Part shown: piece after piece, positions 10,086 to 21,016 of the stretch
Numbering within the stretch: position 1 is the first letter of the stretch
Layout: each line of letters starts with the position of its first letter
Virus record (IMG/VR): IMGVR_UViG_3300033997_000243
Location: 248,001 to 312,000 of that record
Length of the DNA: 64,000 bases
Direction: 5' to 3' (one strand)
Translations under genes and position numbers: made by a program
The notes under the pieces: model-generated
What the model was told of the DNA's origin: nothing
What the model saw: the letters and a program-made list of their open reading frames with translations, nothing else
Databases searched by the model: none

Positions 10086-11453
10086 TTACGATAACGCATT
10101 AAGACCAGCATCTTCATCATCTTCATCAACGTCAGACCCGCCAGCAGCACTTGCTCCAAATTGAGAACCTGCAACTCCGGGTAAGTTTGAAACACGCATT
10201 GTTTCAAATGTCTCTTGCAACTCAAGACGGAATAATTCACCGTCACGCGCTTTAACAACATCGATTGGTAATATCTTCGTAGCACGAACTTCAGGTTTAC
10301 TATAGTTCCAAGTCCACACAATGTCCGCGTGTTCTTTCATACCACGAGAATATCTCAGATTGTTACTATCGCTATCTAACTGAGCAAGAATTATAAACAA
10401 CACTTTGAATTCAGTTGCATAAACTTTTGCTTTACGACAAATAGCGCTTAGCATACGCCACTGGTTATCATCGTCTACACCTTCAAGCAAACTAATGTAG
10501 TCAAGAATAACAACATTGTAACCAAAAGGTTTGACCATGTTAATGACATCATCTATCGTCATTGAACCATCAGGACTCGAATAACTAAATTTGCTGCCAA
10601 GTTTTTTCAGTTTCTTATCGTGCTTTAAGGCAGCACGTTCTATTCTTTTCTTCTCCTGTTTAGTAAGCTTGTTTTGTTTGAACTTCCATAATGGAATTCC
10701 AGTAAGCATTGAAAGAACCCTGTTGGTTTCTTGCTCTGCCGTCATTTCAAGAGTTATCTTGATAGCTGAAAGTCCAGAATTTAAAGAAGTTAGATTATGT
10801 TCCAAGTTTGATGCGAGAACGGATTTACCGCCGCTCGTTGTACCAGCAAGTAACATAACTCCAGTTGTCGGCAATCCACCATTACGCCTATCGTAATCTG
10901 CGTAACCAGTTTTGTACATTCGTTCTGTTGGTTTATGCAAAGTTCTGCGTACCAAAGCACGAATAGATCCACCAACACCAAACGTGTGTATTTCTTGTTG
11001 CTTTCCAAACTCTTTACGGTTATTGGCTAGTTGAAGCGCTAACTTATCTGCAAGTTCTTCAGGATCTAAAGAATCCTGTAAATCGAAATAGGAAATAATA
11101 TCCTTTCCCATATCAAATAGACCGCGTAATTTGCGGTAACGATCTAAACGCTCAATTAGAGTCCTTGCCTTTATTTTACTTTTTACAGGCTTAGCATCTG
11201 AGTCCGCTAAAAATTCTCGGACTTTTGCATCGAACGTAGGATCATCAACTATATCATCCCAAACAGGAACACGTTGCTTTGCTTCAGTCAATTTTTTCAC
11301 ACGCAAGAAAGCTTTCTTTGTTGCAGGTGTATGAAAAAGACTTGCATCAGTTTTTGCAAGCAACATAGTTCTTTGTTTTTCTGGAACGTCAGTGTCGGTT
11401 ATCGTCTTTAACAAAGTCATTTCCGCTAGTGGCGAAAACAATTTCTTAGACAC
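10086..11453 (-). CDS. dnaB: replicative DnaB-family helicase
   Basis: Walker A AGTTSGGKS, TLEM, VVILDYISLL, ILAQL, HADIV, KARDG motifs. Confidence 0.92.
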   Translation of the reverse strand: MSKKLFSPLAEMTLLKTITDTDVPEKQRTMLLAKTDASLFHTPATKKAFLRVKKLTEAKQRVPVWDDIVDDPTFDAKVREFLADSDAKPVKSKIKARTLIERLDRYRKLRGLFDMGKDIISYFDLQDSLDPEELADKLALQLANNRKEFGKQQEIHTFGVGGSIRALVRRTLHKPTERMYKTGYADYDRRNGGLPTTGVMLLAGTTSGGKSVLASNLEHNLTSLNSGLSAIKITLEMTAEQETNRVLSMLTGIPLWKFKQNKLTKQEKKRIERAALKHDKKLKKLGSKFSYSSPDGSMTIDDVINMVKPFGYNVVILDYISLLEGVDDDNQWRMLSAICRKAKVYATEFKVLFIILAQLDSDSNNLRYSRGMKEHADIVWTWNYSKPEVRATKILPIDVVKARDGELFRLELQETFETMRVSNLPGVAGSQFGASAAGGSDVDEDDEDAGLNALS

Positions 11454-11456
11454 TGG

Positions 11457-11903
11457 TTAACTCCCTTTGCTTTTTTGTTCAAGCGCACCGATTACTACGT
11501 TAACCAATTTCAAAGCCGAATTTTCTAACTCTAAAGCAGATAACCACTGGTCAGCAAGTTCTGCGTTTTGAATAGAGTAAAAAACTTTTTCAGGGCGTTT
11601 AGCATCCTGAGTATTTTTGCGACTCCACACTAAAGGAGGTGTGCCAGCTGCATCCGTTGTTAAAGCATCTACCATTTGCATAATAACTTTTTCTGAAAAT
11701 GGAAAACGCTTAGACAGATTGTAGGACAACATGCTATTAGATATACTCGGATAGCGCTTAAGCGTTTTGAGTACAACATAAAGCAGATTGTTCTTTTCCT
11801 CGAACAAGCCCTCAGAAACCAACCCAAACAATAGTGACCTTTTTATCAATAAGTCACCGTCCACTTTACTACTTTTTAATAACAAATTTGATGTAGTTGT
11901 CAT
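11457..11903 (-). CDS. hypothetical protein (possible winged helix)
   Basis: 148 aa ORF in operon; fold guess only. Confidence 0.7.
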   Translation of the reverse strand: MTTTSNLLLKSSKVDGDLLIKRSLLFGLVSEGLFEEKNNLLYVVLKTLKRYPSISNSMLSYNLSKRFPFSEKVIMQMVDALTTDAAGTPPLVWSRKNTQDAKRPEKVFYSIQNAELADQWLSALELENSALKLVNVVIGALEQKSKGS

Positions 11904-11912
11904 TTTACTTAC

Positions 11913-13043
11913 CTAATTCATGACGCCAAGTTCTAACGCAACTTCCCGTAGTTTTTTATGAACGTAATCGACATCAGATCCCATAAATTTAGCTACAACA
12001 CTTGCAGTTTCATCAAAACCGCGCTCAGCTAAAAAATCTTGACAACTTTTATCTTCTGTACGAATGTATCTTTTCTCACGGAGCCACTGTGTAAACTTGG
12101 CTACTTCCCGTCCAACATAAACAGCAAGGATGAATCCTTTTTTGGTGTTGCGTAAACGATCAAGCATACGATCTACGCTGAAATCAAAATCACTTCCAGA
12201 TTTAGTGTGAGCAGATTCATCGAAACGATCTTCGATTGAAATTTCTTCACCGTCACCATTGTAACGTGGAGTTATTTGACTCATAGCTTCTACGTTCAAC
12301 CGATAACGACGATCTGCGCCTTCACCATCACCAATAAGTGTTTGACGTTTTTCAGTTGTGTACTTATCGATAAGATTGCAAGTTGTATTACGAACACTGG
12401 CTCTTAAATAATTCAGCATGTGGTCATAACTTAAATTGCACGGCTGTCTTTTATAGTATGCTCTTAAAGCAGCTATAGTAAGTTCAGAGTGAAAATCCTT
12501 CTTATCAATATTGTTAGACTGATAAACAAATTTCAGTTTGCTTTTAGTCTTATAACGTATAAAGCGTTGAATCGGCTCGGCATACTGAGCAAAGCCATTA
12601 CGAACCTGCTCAAATTCACTTGGGCAAAAAAGTTTGCTTGTTTGCTTACGTTTAACCAAAAATTTGTTTATTGCCGTTCTGTGTATTTTAACTGCGTGAA
12701 ATACTCGCACAGCATCACAACGGCATAAATCAAATCGCGCATAGTTTTCTTCGGCCACCATACTGTTCAAACCACGATAGCCGGACAGGAATGTTGCATA
12801 GTAACGCAAATTCAAAACAACATAACCTGTTTCAGAAAGAAGTAATCTAAACTGGCTGGCAGAAAGTTCCGTATCATTAAAATTCACAACAGAGGAAATC
12901 TTTTTATGGAAATCCGCTATATTGGTCTGCATACAAAAATGTTCAACAACATAATTGAACAAATCTTTACATTGCTGAGTATCGTATTCAACACCCAAAA
13001 CTTTTTGAAAAACGCTTACTATGGATCTGGACTCTATTTGCAT
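11913..13043 (-). CDS. divergent sigma70-region-2-like protein
   Basis: DFHSELTIAALRAYYK...NYLRASVRNTTCNLIDKYTTEKR resembles sigma region 2; helical C-terminus. Confidence 0.5.
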   Translation of the reverse strand: MQIESRSIVSVFQKVLGVEYDTQQCKDLFNYVVEHFCMQTNIADFHKKISSVVNFNDTELSASQFRLLLSETGYVVLNLRYYATFLSGYRGLNSMVAEENYARFDLCRCDAVRVFHAVKIHRTAINKFLVKRKQTSKLFCPSEFEQVRNGFAQYAEPIQRFIRYKTKSKLKFVYQSNNIDKKDFHSELTIAALRAYYKRQPCNLSYDHMLNYLRASVRNTTCNLIDKYTTEKRQTLIGDGEGADRRYRLNVEAMSQITPRYNGDGEEISIEDRFDESAHTKSGSDFDFSVDRMLDRLRNTKKGFILAVYVGREVAKFTQWLREKRYIRTEDKSCQDFLAERGFDETASVVAKFMGSDVDYVHKKLREVALELGVMN

Positions 13044-13066
13044 TTTTAAATCCCTGAATAAGAAGG

Positions 13067-14152
13067 TTAGTCTGCCATATCGCCAAGTTCAGTTTTGATC
13101 TTACCGCCTTTAGGACTTCGTTTCTTACCAGAGTTTTTCGTTTCGGCCTGAGCCTCTGCCAATTCCAGTTCCAATTTTTCAAGATAAGCTGTTGACAGAT
13201 GTTGTCTTAAGTCATCGATGTCATCGCTTTCTTTAATATCACGAGGTATACGAATTTTGTTCTTTTTAGCAAACTTCAGAAGTTGCGCTTCTTCCATTTC
13301 CTGAATATCTTCAATCGTGGTTTCACGCTTGTAATCAAGTTCATCCAGTTCGTAATGATCTTCATCCGTTTCTTTATGAGCTTTTGCATAGCCACGGTCA
13401 ATATCACGAGCAATATCAACAAGGCTGTAAACTTGCTGATCAGAACTTTCGCGTTTAATTTTGTTGCGCTTAGCCAACGATCCTATGTCATCAATGTAAC
13501 CCATGACTCCATTGGTATTCAATTTTAATTCAAATGGAAGTTCAAGAGCTTTTACATTTTTAGCGGTCGGTCTGTCCAACTTGGGATCTACAACACGACC
13601 TTTGAATTCCATCTGACGGCGGAAAATAGAAAACTGAGAAACAGTAAATATATTCTTCTCTTTTCCTAAATTTTGGAAAGTCAGTACAATCTTCCCATCA
13701 TCACTACACACACGCACATAATCTTTATCAGCTGAAAGAATACGTGCTGTCATGAAATTCGATAAATAATCTGAAGCCAAAGTTCCACGGAAACGAACAT
13801 AAACTTTTTGCAAGAATGTATAACCTTGCTTGCGAGTAATATGTTCGTTTAAAATAGCTGCACCAAAAAGTCGTAACTGTCCATTATCGAATTCACGCAT
13901 AATATCGGCAAGCTCATAAAGTGAACTGCCATTTTTCTCAATGCTCTCGGCCAGAGCCACACTGTTGGGTTTAAAATTTTCACAGCTCGAAGAGTATTCA
14001 AAGCGACCTTGTTTAATGCAAGGCGTATCATCACCAGCAATCAACCGCTCTCGTGTGAGTCCAATGCACTCACCACAAGTTAGTTTTTCTTCTGTTATGA
14101 CTTTTATCTTTATCTGCGCTTTGTTTACTGATGTCTGTCTTTTTGTTGTCAT
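13067..14152 (-). CDS. hypothetical protein with N-terminal Cys cluster and C-terminal HeH/Rho-N-like module
   Basis: CGEC..C..C; IQEMEEAQLLKFAKKNKIRIP...DDLRQHL. Confidence 0.75.
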   Translation of the reverse strand: MTTKRQTSVNKAQIKIKVITEEKLTCGECIGLTRERLIAGDDTPCIKQGRFEYSSSCENFKPNSVALAESIEKNGSSLYELADIMREFDNGQLRLFGAAILNEHITRKQGYTFLQKVYVRFRGTLASDYLSNFMTARILSADKDYVRVCSDDGKIVLTFQNLGKEKNIFTVSQFSIFRRQMEFKGRVVDPKLDRPTAKNVKALELPFELKLNTNGVMGYIDDIGSLAKRNKIKRESSDQQVYSLVDIARDIDRGYAKAHKETDEDHYELDELDYKRETTIEDIQEMEEAQLLKFAKKNKIRIPRDIKESDDIDDLRQHLSTAYLEKLELELAEAQAETKNSGKKRSPKGGKIKTELGDMAD

Positions 14153-14621
14153 TTTTTAATCCTTTGGATCTCAACGTGTGATTGATACAATATAAGATCG
14201 TCTGCTCCATATTGGTTATCCCCGGAAGATCTTTTTTGAGTAACTCTAATCCTTGCCGAGTTGCTGGATCGGCATGTACCATAGGAAGTAAAGTCATTTT
14301 AGCATTGGAAGAAACTGGAGGACTCAATAATGCCTTGACCAAAATTTCTAACCAAGTTTTAGCTCTAAGTTCTGTCTCAGGATCTGCCCAAAATTTCCTT
14401 AAGGGTTTTGGGTTTTTAGCACCAATACGTGCAACTATAGCATCTGCGTGAGCATGAAGTGTTGTATGGCAAGCTCCATCAATAGGAATTTGCAAACTAT
14501 CACTACCACCTAACGATCTTGGAATAGTGTGGTGCCAATGTATATTGGCAAACCAGTTCATACAAATACAGCATAACTCACAGCCGTCGGCTCTTTTTAC
14601 CACTGGCAGTTTGTTTTCCAT
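14070..14621 (-). CDS. HNH endonuclease-like protein
   Basis: CCIC...HHTIPRSLGGSD...CHTTLH. Confidence 0.8.
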   Translation of the reverse strand: MENKLPVVKRADGCELCCICMNWFANIHWHHTIPRSLGGSDSLQIPIDGACHTTLHAHADAIVARIGAKNPKPLRKFWADPETELRAKTWLEILVKALLSPPVSSNAKMTLLPMVHADPATRQGLELLKKDLPGITNMEQTILYCINHTLRSKGLKNDNKKTDISKQSADKDKSHNRRKTNLW

Positions 14622-15963
14622 TTGAAACTCCTAAACTTTTATTTGAAAGCGGAAGTCCCCATGACAAAACTTTGATATTGCCTTTTGTTTGAGCATACAA
14701 CTTTTTATAGACGGCTGTTGGTACGATCCATGCCAAGGAAATATCGCTATTAGCAGGACTGGTAGCAAAATCATTTGACATTAAACTATATTCATGGCCG
14801 CGAGATCTAGCGTCATCAAGAAATTGATTAACGCGCTCAAAATAAACATTTGAGGTTTTCTTGTCAAGGAATCGAGCCTTGGAATCATAGATACTTTTAG
14901 CTTCTACTCCATGACGTTTCAAAATAGAGATCATCTTTTCAGAAGTATCTATTTTAACTTGAACCGATTTCAGTTCGGCTTCAAGTTTTTTACGTAATTC
15001 AGAGTCCAGAGTTCCAGTACGCTTTGCCCCTTCTTTTCTGTTATTTAGTTTTTCACGTTCGGTCAGAAGTTTACGTAACAAACTTTTTTCCGCTTTCATT
15101 GCAGACTTGTTTTTTGTTACGGCATCGGCAAACTTTGAATCGTCGTGTTTTGTAGCAATCAACAATTCGCTTTGACTTTTGCTAAACTGCAAAAGAATTT
15201 GATTAGGTAAAATTAAAGCAACATCACTGCTATCAGGGCCAGCAAAGCCAAGCGCATCGACACCAGTAAATATGTGACGTAAAAGTTTTGTGCTGCGTAA
15301 AGCAACATTTTCAAAGTTAACTGTAACAGGGCACTGCGTTGGTATTACAGCACTTCTGGAGAAATTTAATTTATCAGATTTTATTTTGCTGACTAATGCT
15401 TTGTGTACAGCTTGACTATGAACAGCCAATCTGTTTGTCACAAATTCATATTGAGCTTGAGAAAAATCGGCAATCTCTTCGTACTCCTCGACAGGTTCTG
15501 CCTTGGATTTTGAAGCACCAGAAACTTTTTTGTAGGATTCAACAAAAATGGCATGGCCAACTTCGTCGTCACTTACTTCCATTAAAAGATCTGGATTTTG
15601 CTCGATCCTTTTTATATGGGTCTGCGAAGAATCTTTTAGATCTTGCAATCTGTCAGACATTTCTGTTCTGATCAATTCACAAAATCTAGTGAGATTAATC
15701 TCACGATTTTCCAACGCATCCTTTAAAGAACGTATAGTGTTAGCTAAATACCGAGCAGGTTTTCGCTGTGCGGTAAATTTACGATCCCGCTTTGAGCTAG
15801 AATCGAAGTCAGCTAAAGCATCTATAGTAGATGATAGGTCAGCCAGTGTTTCACTAGCTTTAGCAAACTTTTTAGGTGTTGCAGCCTTTTTAATCAAATT
15901 GTCTGTTGAGCTAATGCTCGACATCAATGATTGAAGTACCGTCGCGTAAAGGACTTCTGACAT
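14578..15963 (-). CDS. coiled-coil hypothetical protein
   Basis: 461 aa ORF with heptad-rich segments. Confidence 0.8.
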   Translation of the reverse strand: MSEVLYATVLQSLMSSISSTDNLIKKAATPKKFAKASETLADLSSTIDALADFDSSSKRDRKFTAQRKPARYLANTIRSLKDALENREINLTRFCELIRTEMSDRLQDLKDSSQTHIKRIEQNPDLLMEVSDDEVGHAIFVESYKKVSGASKSKAEPVEEYEEIADFSQAQYEFVTNRLAVHSQAVHKALVSKIKSDKLNFSRSAVIPTQCPVTVNFENVALRSTKLLRHIFTGVDALGFAGPDSSDVALILPNQILLQFSKSQSELLIATKHDDSKFADAVTKNKSAMKAEKSLLRKLLTEREKLNNRKEGAKRTGTLDSELRKKLEAELKSVQVKIDTSEKMISILKRHGVEAKSIYDSKARFLDKKTSNVYFERVNQFLDDARSRGHEYSLMSNDFATSPANSDISLAWIVPTAVYKKLYAQTKGNIKVLSWGLPLSNKSLGVSNGKQTASGKKSRRL

Positions 15964-16018
15964 TGTGTTAATTTCCCTAATTTTCTGTTTGTTATAATGG
16001 GCTAGGCCCGAAAGGTGT

Positions 16019-16043
16019 AGAGGATTATAAATTATAATCCTCT
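16019..16043. terminator. perfect palindrome after topoisomerase A gene
   Basis: AGAGGATTATAA-A-TTATAATCCTCT. Confidence 0.5.
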
Positions 16044-16064
16044 TGCCTTTATCCTAAAGCAGCG

Positions 16065-17708
16065 TCAGTCTGCTTTTTTCTTGCGCTTCTTCTCAGACTT
16101 TTTAGTGTCTGCGATTGAAGCATTTACCATCCGTACATACTTATTTACAGATTCGGTCAAGGAAGAAGCGATACGAGGATTAGGATCTTTGTGATCGCGT
16201 TTCCATCCTTTAATGTCGGCAGTAGCAATTTTAATCTTGTCCTGTAGCGCTTTCAGTTCAAGTTTTGCCAGCCTACGCATTTTCAATTCCAAAATGAAAG
16301 TAGCTTCATCTTGAGGAATCTTCAATGTTTTTGCAGTGTAAGTATCTGGATCATCTTTGTCCAAAGCTTTTTTCATTACTTCCAAGATTTTATTCTTGTT
16401 GATAACAGCGTAGGACAATACGTTGTATTCCCACAAATCGCGTTCGCGTTTTGCAATAATGTTTTCCAGATAACGCTTTTCCAATTCCACACGATAGCGA
16501 ACCCAGTTTTTAATATAGGTCGCAAAGTTACAGTAAAGGAATTTAGCAGTTCCATCGACGTTGTTTATTGTAAGTCCTAAGTTATAGAACTCACTGCCAG
16601 TCAACATCTTACGAATTTTTTCAGCTAAATCAAAAAGGCCGTCATCTGACATTCCACGTTTTGGTACAACATAATAATATGCACCATAAGGGCCAGCGTT
16701 CGGACGTTTATCACCACAGTCACTTACCCAACGACTAACTTCGGGTAATTCTAAAATCTTATCACGTTTTTTAGCAACGCCATCTTCAGATGCGAAACCG
16801 GGAGAATAAGAAACAATTTCAACGATTTTATTTTTGTAATCAACTTGAACTTTCGGACAATATTTTATTGCCTTTGCTCTACCTGTTTCAATAAAGCTTG
16901 CAAGTTCTTCTGGTGGGCTAACGCAATCAGATCCAAAAGGAGCTTGAATTTTTAAATGCTTTACACAATCAGAAGATTTCAAATCGCCTTTTTCCAATAC
17001 AATTTGAATAAGTTTTGTAACGCCTTCAATTTCAAAAGCAGGATTACAAGCACGAACACCGTAGGCAATACCACCAGCATTTCCAATCAACAGCATTGTT
17101 GGAAGAAGCGAAGGCAAATACAACGGAATTTTTTCGCTGTCATCAAAGTTGTTTATACGCGGAACAACTTCAAGATAACCTTTATCCAAAAGAAAAAGTT
17201 TGCTGTAATCACTCAAACGCGCTTCAGTATAACGCTGAGCTGCCGCCATATCGAGTGGACTGCCAAAATTTCCTCTACCTTGAATAAGTTTTGGAATTGT
17301 ATTGGCTAACGTAACTAATGCACCATACGTTGCAGAGTCACCGTGAGGATGATACTTACCAATTGTATCACCAACAATACGCGCACACTTTTTAAAGTCA
17401 GAACCGAATAAATTCAGCTGAGACATTGCATAAATAATGTGGCGGTGAACTGGCTTTAATCCATCACGGAATTCTGGAACAGCACGATCTTGTACAACGT
17501 ATTCACCGTAATGAGTTAAATTTCTTTTTGCAAAGTTTGCCAAATCTTCTTTGACAATAGTTTTCATCAGTACAGTGGAAGGCAGTTTGAATTGATTAGG
17601 TTCAACAACTGCGGGTAAATTTTTCTTCGACTTTTTATGTTGTTTAATATCTCCCAACTCAGTCTTAGAAACTTTCTTTGTTTTTGCTGGCGGCTTTTTT
17701 GATTTCAT
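16065..17708 (-). CDS. gyrA: type IIA topoisomerase subunit A (GyrA/ParC-like, no C-terminal pinwheel)
   Basis: [36 protein letters not shown] catalytic Tyr. Confidence 0.93.
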   Translation of the reverse strand: MKSKKPPAKTKKVSKTELGDIKQHKKSKKNLPAVVEPNQFKLPSTVLMKTIVKEDLANFAKRNLTHYGEYVVQDRAVPEFRDGLKPVHRHIIYAMSQLNLFGSDFKKCARIVGDTIGKYHPHGDSATYGALVTLANTIPKLIQGRGNFGSPLDMAAAQRYTEARLSDYSKLFLLDKGYLEVVPRINNFDDSEKIPLYLPSLLPTMLLIGNAGGIAYGVRACNPAFEIEGVTKLIQIVLEKGDLKSSDCVKHLKIQAPFGSDCVSPPEELASFIETGRAKAIKYCPKVQVDYKNKIVEIVSYSPGFASEDGVAKKRDKILELPEVSRWVSDCGDKRPNAGPYGAYYYVVPKRGMSDDGLFDLAEKIRKMLTGSEFYNLGLTINNVDGTAKFLYCNFATYIKNWVRYRVELEKRYLENIIAKRERDLWEYNVLSYAVINKNKILEVMKKALDKDDPDTYTAKTLKIPQDEATFILELKMRRLAKLELKALQDKIKIATADIKGWKRDHKDPNPRIASSLTESVNKYVRMVNASIADTKKSEKKRKKKAD

Positions 17709-17748
17709 TGTTTAGTTTACCAACTTTTTGTGTAAGCGAACAGGCCGG

Positions 17749-17807
17749 ATTATACCAAAATAAGGTATTGAAATAAACCCCTGATTTTTGACACACTTGG
17801 ATCAGTT
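17749..17807 (-). promoter_or_regulatory. class I promoter module (AACTGATCCAAGTGTGTCAAAAA-N30-TATAAT)
   Basis: Conserved repeat, TGGTATAAT extended -10, upstream of gyrA. Confidence 0.85.
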
Positions 17808-18232
17808 CATACTAAAGATGGTGTTCCTTTAGGTAACACTTCTTTTAAGAATGAAGTGAACTGAACTTGATCATACGGATTATTTGAACTCAAATAAGAA
17901 ACATATGCTCTTACAGAGTCAAGACCTAAAGTTGAAAGAGTTTTCTTTTCACTCAATTCATTAAGCAATGTATCTGTCAGAAATTTACTATTCTTACCCA
18001 ACCAATAAAGACCTGTAGTGTAAACACGGGAAACGCTACCAATAATATTTTGTGGAGGGCGTTTTATGAAAAATCCGTTCGCATCCACAATAGCTAAGGC
18101 CATACACTGCAATCTAGTCTCCAACAACTTTTTAGGATTGTCATTAACTTCAAGTTCAGCTTTTATCCATCGACAACTTTCTTCGACTACACCTTGAGCC
18201 ATATACATGAATACAATTTGTTTTTTAATCAT
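17807..18232 (-). CDS. hypothetical protein
   Basis: 141 aa ORF, GAGG RBS. Confidence 0.75.
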   Translation of the reverse strand: MIKKQIVFMYMAQGVVEESCRWIKAELEVNDNPKKLLETRLQCMALAIVDANGFFIKRPPQNIIGSVSRVYTTGLYWLGKNSKFLTDTLLNELSEKKTLSTLGLDSVRAYVSYLSSNNPYDQVQFTSFLKEVLPKGTPSLV

Positions 18233-18241
18233 GCAATTTCC

Positions 18242-18631
18242 TCAACAAATATTATGCAAACTATTTTGCGTAACTGGAAGCAAAGCAATACGTCTGCGAT
18301 AAGACTCTCTCGATCCATAATACTGAATCATACGCTTTCGCGCCAGACTTATTTTTAAAAGCTCGTCCCAATTCCAATCATCACCATCAAGAGAAGTTCT
18401 CTCAAACACATTCAATATAACTGAAGATATTGTTTTAGATTTTGTAGGCCAAACACTTTTTACGATTGTACCATCATTACTAAGTACAATCAGAGCGGCC
18501 CGTTTAATCTTTGTGTTGATAAATGAAAGTCGAACCCAAAACACAGTCAAACTATTATTTCGCATGTGATCGGGATTCATCTTTATTGGAATAAAGCTTA
18601 AGTCCATTAGAGCATAGTAGCGTTGTCCCAT
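18242..18631 (-). CDS. hypothetical protein
   Basis: 129 aa ORF, GAGG RBS. Confidence 0.75.
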   Translation of the reverse strand: MGQRYYALMDLSFIPIKMNPDHMRNNSLTVFWVRLSFINTKIKRAALIVLSNDGTIVKSVWPTKSKTISSVILNVFERTSLDGDDWNWDELLKISLARKRMIQYYGSRESYRRRIALLPVTQNSLHNIC

Positions 18632-18643
18632 TTCACGATCCTC

Positions 18644-20626
18644 TTAATCGTTGGAACTTAACCCCAACAATTGCCGTCTGGCAGAGGCATCTTCACCGAC
18701 AACTGATCTGTAAAACGCAAGATCTTCTTGAACTTTACCGTATTCAATTTGAATCAACTTTCTGTTGTTAATATCAAATGCTATGGCTTCAAGTAAATCT
18801 GCATCTGTCTCTCCCCAACCTTTTGCACGGAACACACTTCCCTTCGGAGCATTTTTTGGTAACTTAGCTAAACATTCTTCCATTGTGTTTCCGCTGTAAT
18901 GCACACCATTAACGAGTGCGTTATACAATTGAGCGTCAACAACAAACAAACGACCTTCTTTAATAAAGTCCGGCATAAGTTTATAGAAAAATGCGGTGAT
19001 AAGTACGTTAATGTGAGATCCATCAGCATCAGCATCAGCAAGCAACATTGCAACAGCAACTCGCAGATTCTTTGTACTGAATGTAGGATTATCAGCTTTA
19101 ACATCCAAACTTTTTATGTCAACTCCCAAACTGTTCAGCATATCTTGAATGCGGTCATTTGAAAGTAAGGCACTTAGACTGACGTTCAATGCGTTTGGAA
19201 TTTTACCGCCAAGTTTTAAAACTTCCTGATTAAAACCACGAGCATTTTTGGCAGTACCACCAGCCGAATCGCCTTCGACAAAATACAGCTCACGCTCATG
19301 CGGTTTACAATCTGGAGCTTCATAAAGTTTTATTGGCAGCTTACTTCCACCTTTTTTAACTTCGCTCATGCCTTTCATTGTTTTAGCAAGATCTTCACGG
19401 GAAGCCGCAACATCACTTGCGCGTTTTATAATCTGCTTGGCTAATGTTTTGTTCTTTGCAAAAAAATCGGTTAATGGTTGAGTCAGTAAATCACAAACTT
19501 CGTTATCGATTTTAGATACCAGTTTATCTTTTACCTGACCACTAAATTGAGCGCTGTTCATTTTCCAGTTGATAATAGCAACTGCGCCAACATAAAGATC
19601 TTCTGGCTTAAACTTACCTGCTTTTTTGGGCAGATAGTTTTTCAAAGCTTTTGACATGGCCGCACGGAAACCATTTACATGCGTACCATGATCTATTGTT
19701 GGACTACTATTTACATAACTTCTGAACAGATCACTGTCATAGTGATTAGACCATTGAATAGCAACTTTCAGGCTTGAGCCATCGAACTCGAATGGCTTAC
19801 CCAAAGGCTCTAAATCATGATCAGAAATTATTGAACTGACTACAGCACCCAAACCTTTATCATTGTAGAAAACCTGTTCTTTGTTTGTTTCAAGGTTTAG
19901 GAAACCAATATAAAGCTTGCTATTCATGGTACTCATGAACTTTAAATAATCAGCAAACTTTTGTTCTTCCAAAACAGCTTGGGTATATGTTTTAAGTTTT
20001 GAGGTACGACTAGCATCAACGCTTATCACGCTTTGATCTGGAACCAAGCGAATGATAGTGCCAAGTCGCTTAAACTTTTTCTTGAGAGGTAAAAGATAAC
20101 CAAACTTTTTCTTGAGGAAAGTGTCTGGAACCTTTTTAACCGGACTGGTTTCTTTTCCGCATGAAAAACTTTGGTAGTACCACTGATCTTCACGACAAGT
20201 CCAGACCTCAAGTTCTTTTGATAAAGCATTGACCGCAGAAATACCAACACCGTGCGTACCACCTGAAGTCTGATAAGCTTTTACATCAAATTTTCCGCCA
20301 GCATGAAGTTCAGTAAGAATTACTGTTAATGCGCTTACTTTTTTACCTTCAACTGTTTTCATTCCAACAGGAATACCTTGAGCGCAGTCGGCAAAAACGT
20401 ATTCACTTGTTTTGTTATTAAAGGCTACATAGATTGCGTTGTTGCGTCCAGCTTCGTATTCATCGCGGCTGTTTTCAACAGCTTCTTTGCCCATGCGATA
20501 CATCATTGAATCGCCAAGCTCACCCATGTACATACCAGCGTTTAATCTAACACCAGCTAAACCTTTGTGAACCTGAATACTATCTTCATCATAAGTATTT
20601 GCAGATTTTGCTTTTGCTTTAGCCAT
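18644..20626 (-). CDS. gyrB: type IIA topoisomerase subunit B (GyrB/ParE-like)
   Basis: EAVENSRDE, LHAGGKF, GGTHGVGISAVNALS, VEGDSAGG, DADADGSHI, KGWGE. Confidence 0.95.
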   Translation of the reverse strand: MAKAKAKSANTYDEDSIQVHKGLAGVRLNAGMYMGELGDSMMYRMGKEAVENSRDEYEAGRNNAIYVAFNNKTSEYVFADCAQGIPVGMKTVEGKKVSALTVILTELHAGGKFDVKAYQTSGGTHGVGISAVNALSKELEVWTCREDQWYYQSFSCGKETSPVKKVPDTFLKKKFGYLLPLKKKFKRLGTIIRLVPDQSVISVDASRTSKLKTYTQAVLEEQKFADYLKFMSTMNSKLYIGFLNLETNKEQVFYNDKGLGAVVSSIISDHDLEPLGKPFEFDGSSLKVAIQWSNHYDSDLFRSYVNSSPTIDHGTHVNGFRAAMSKALKNYLPKKAGKFKPEDLYVGAVAIINWKMNSAQFSGQVKDKLVSKIDNEVCDLLTQPLTDFFAKNKTLAKQIIKRASDVAASREDLAKTMKGMSEVKKGGSKLPIKLYEAPDCKPHERELYFVEGDSAGGTAKNARGFNQEVLKLGGKIPNALNVSLSALLSNDRIQDMLNSLGVDIKSLDVKADNPTFSTKNLRVAVAMLLADADADGSHINVLITAFFYKLMPDFIKEGRLFVVDAQLYNALVNGVHYSGNTMEECLAKLPKNAPKGSVFRAKGWGETDADLLEAIAFDINNRKLIQIEYGKVQEDLAFYRSVVGEDASARRQLLGLSSND

Positions 20627-20638
20627 TGGGATCTTTCC

Positions 20639-21016
20639 TTAAGGCGTATTGTTATTTGTATTGAAATAACGAGACTCCAACACTTGAATTATTTTTGAAG
20701 TCAGATCTGGATCAGCATCTGGTAATCTTCCAGAAGAAATAAGGTTAAGAACTTTTACATAAGCATTAACCAATTTCAGATCAGAAGAATCTAACTTGAC
20801 TGGTATCTGAGAAAAATTTTCGTCAAGAACGGTGGCGACAATTTCAATAGGCGCTGTGATTGAGTTACCTGTAGCTGTTATCAGGAAAGTATAACCATCC
20901 AAAATAAAAGCTCGGAAAACATCTTGACGGAAAACATCAACCTTAGCCTCAAACTTTTCAAACCACGAAGTTCCTTGATTCTGCAAAGAAGTCAAGCGCT
21001 TTTTAATGCTCGGCAT
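20639..21016 (-). CDS. hypothetical protein
   Basis: 125 aa ORF. Confidence 0.75.
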   Translation of the reverse strand: MPSIKKRLTSLQNQGTSWFEKFEAKVDVFRQDVFRAFILDGYTFLITATGNSITAPIEIVATVLDENFSQIPVKLDSSDLKLVNAYVKVLNLISSGRLPDADPDLTSKIIQVLESRYFNTNNNTP

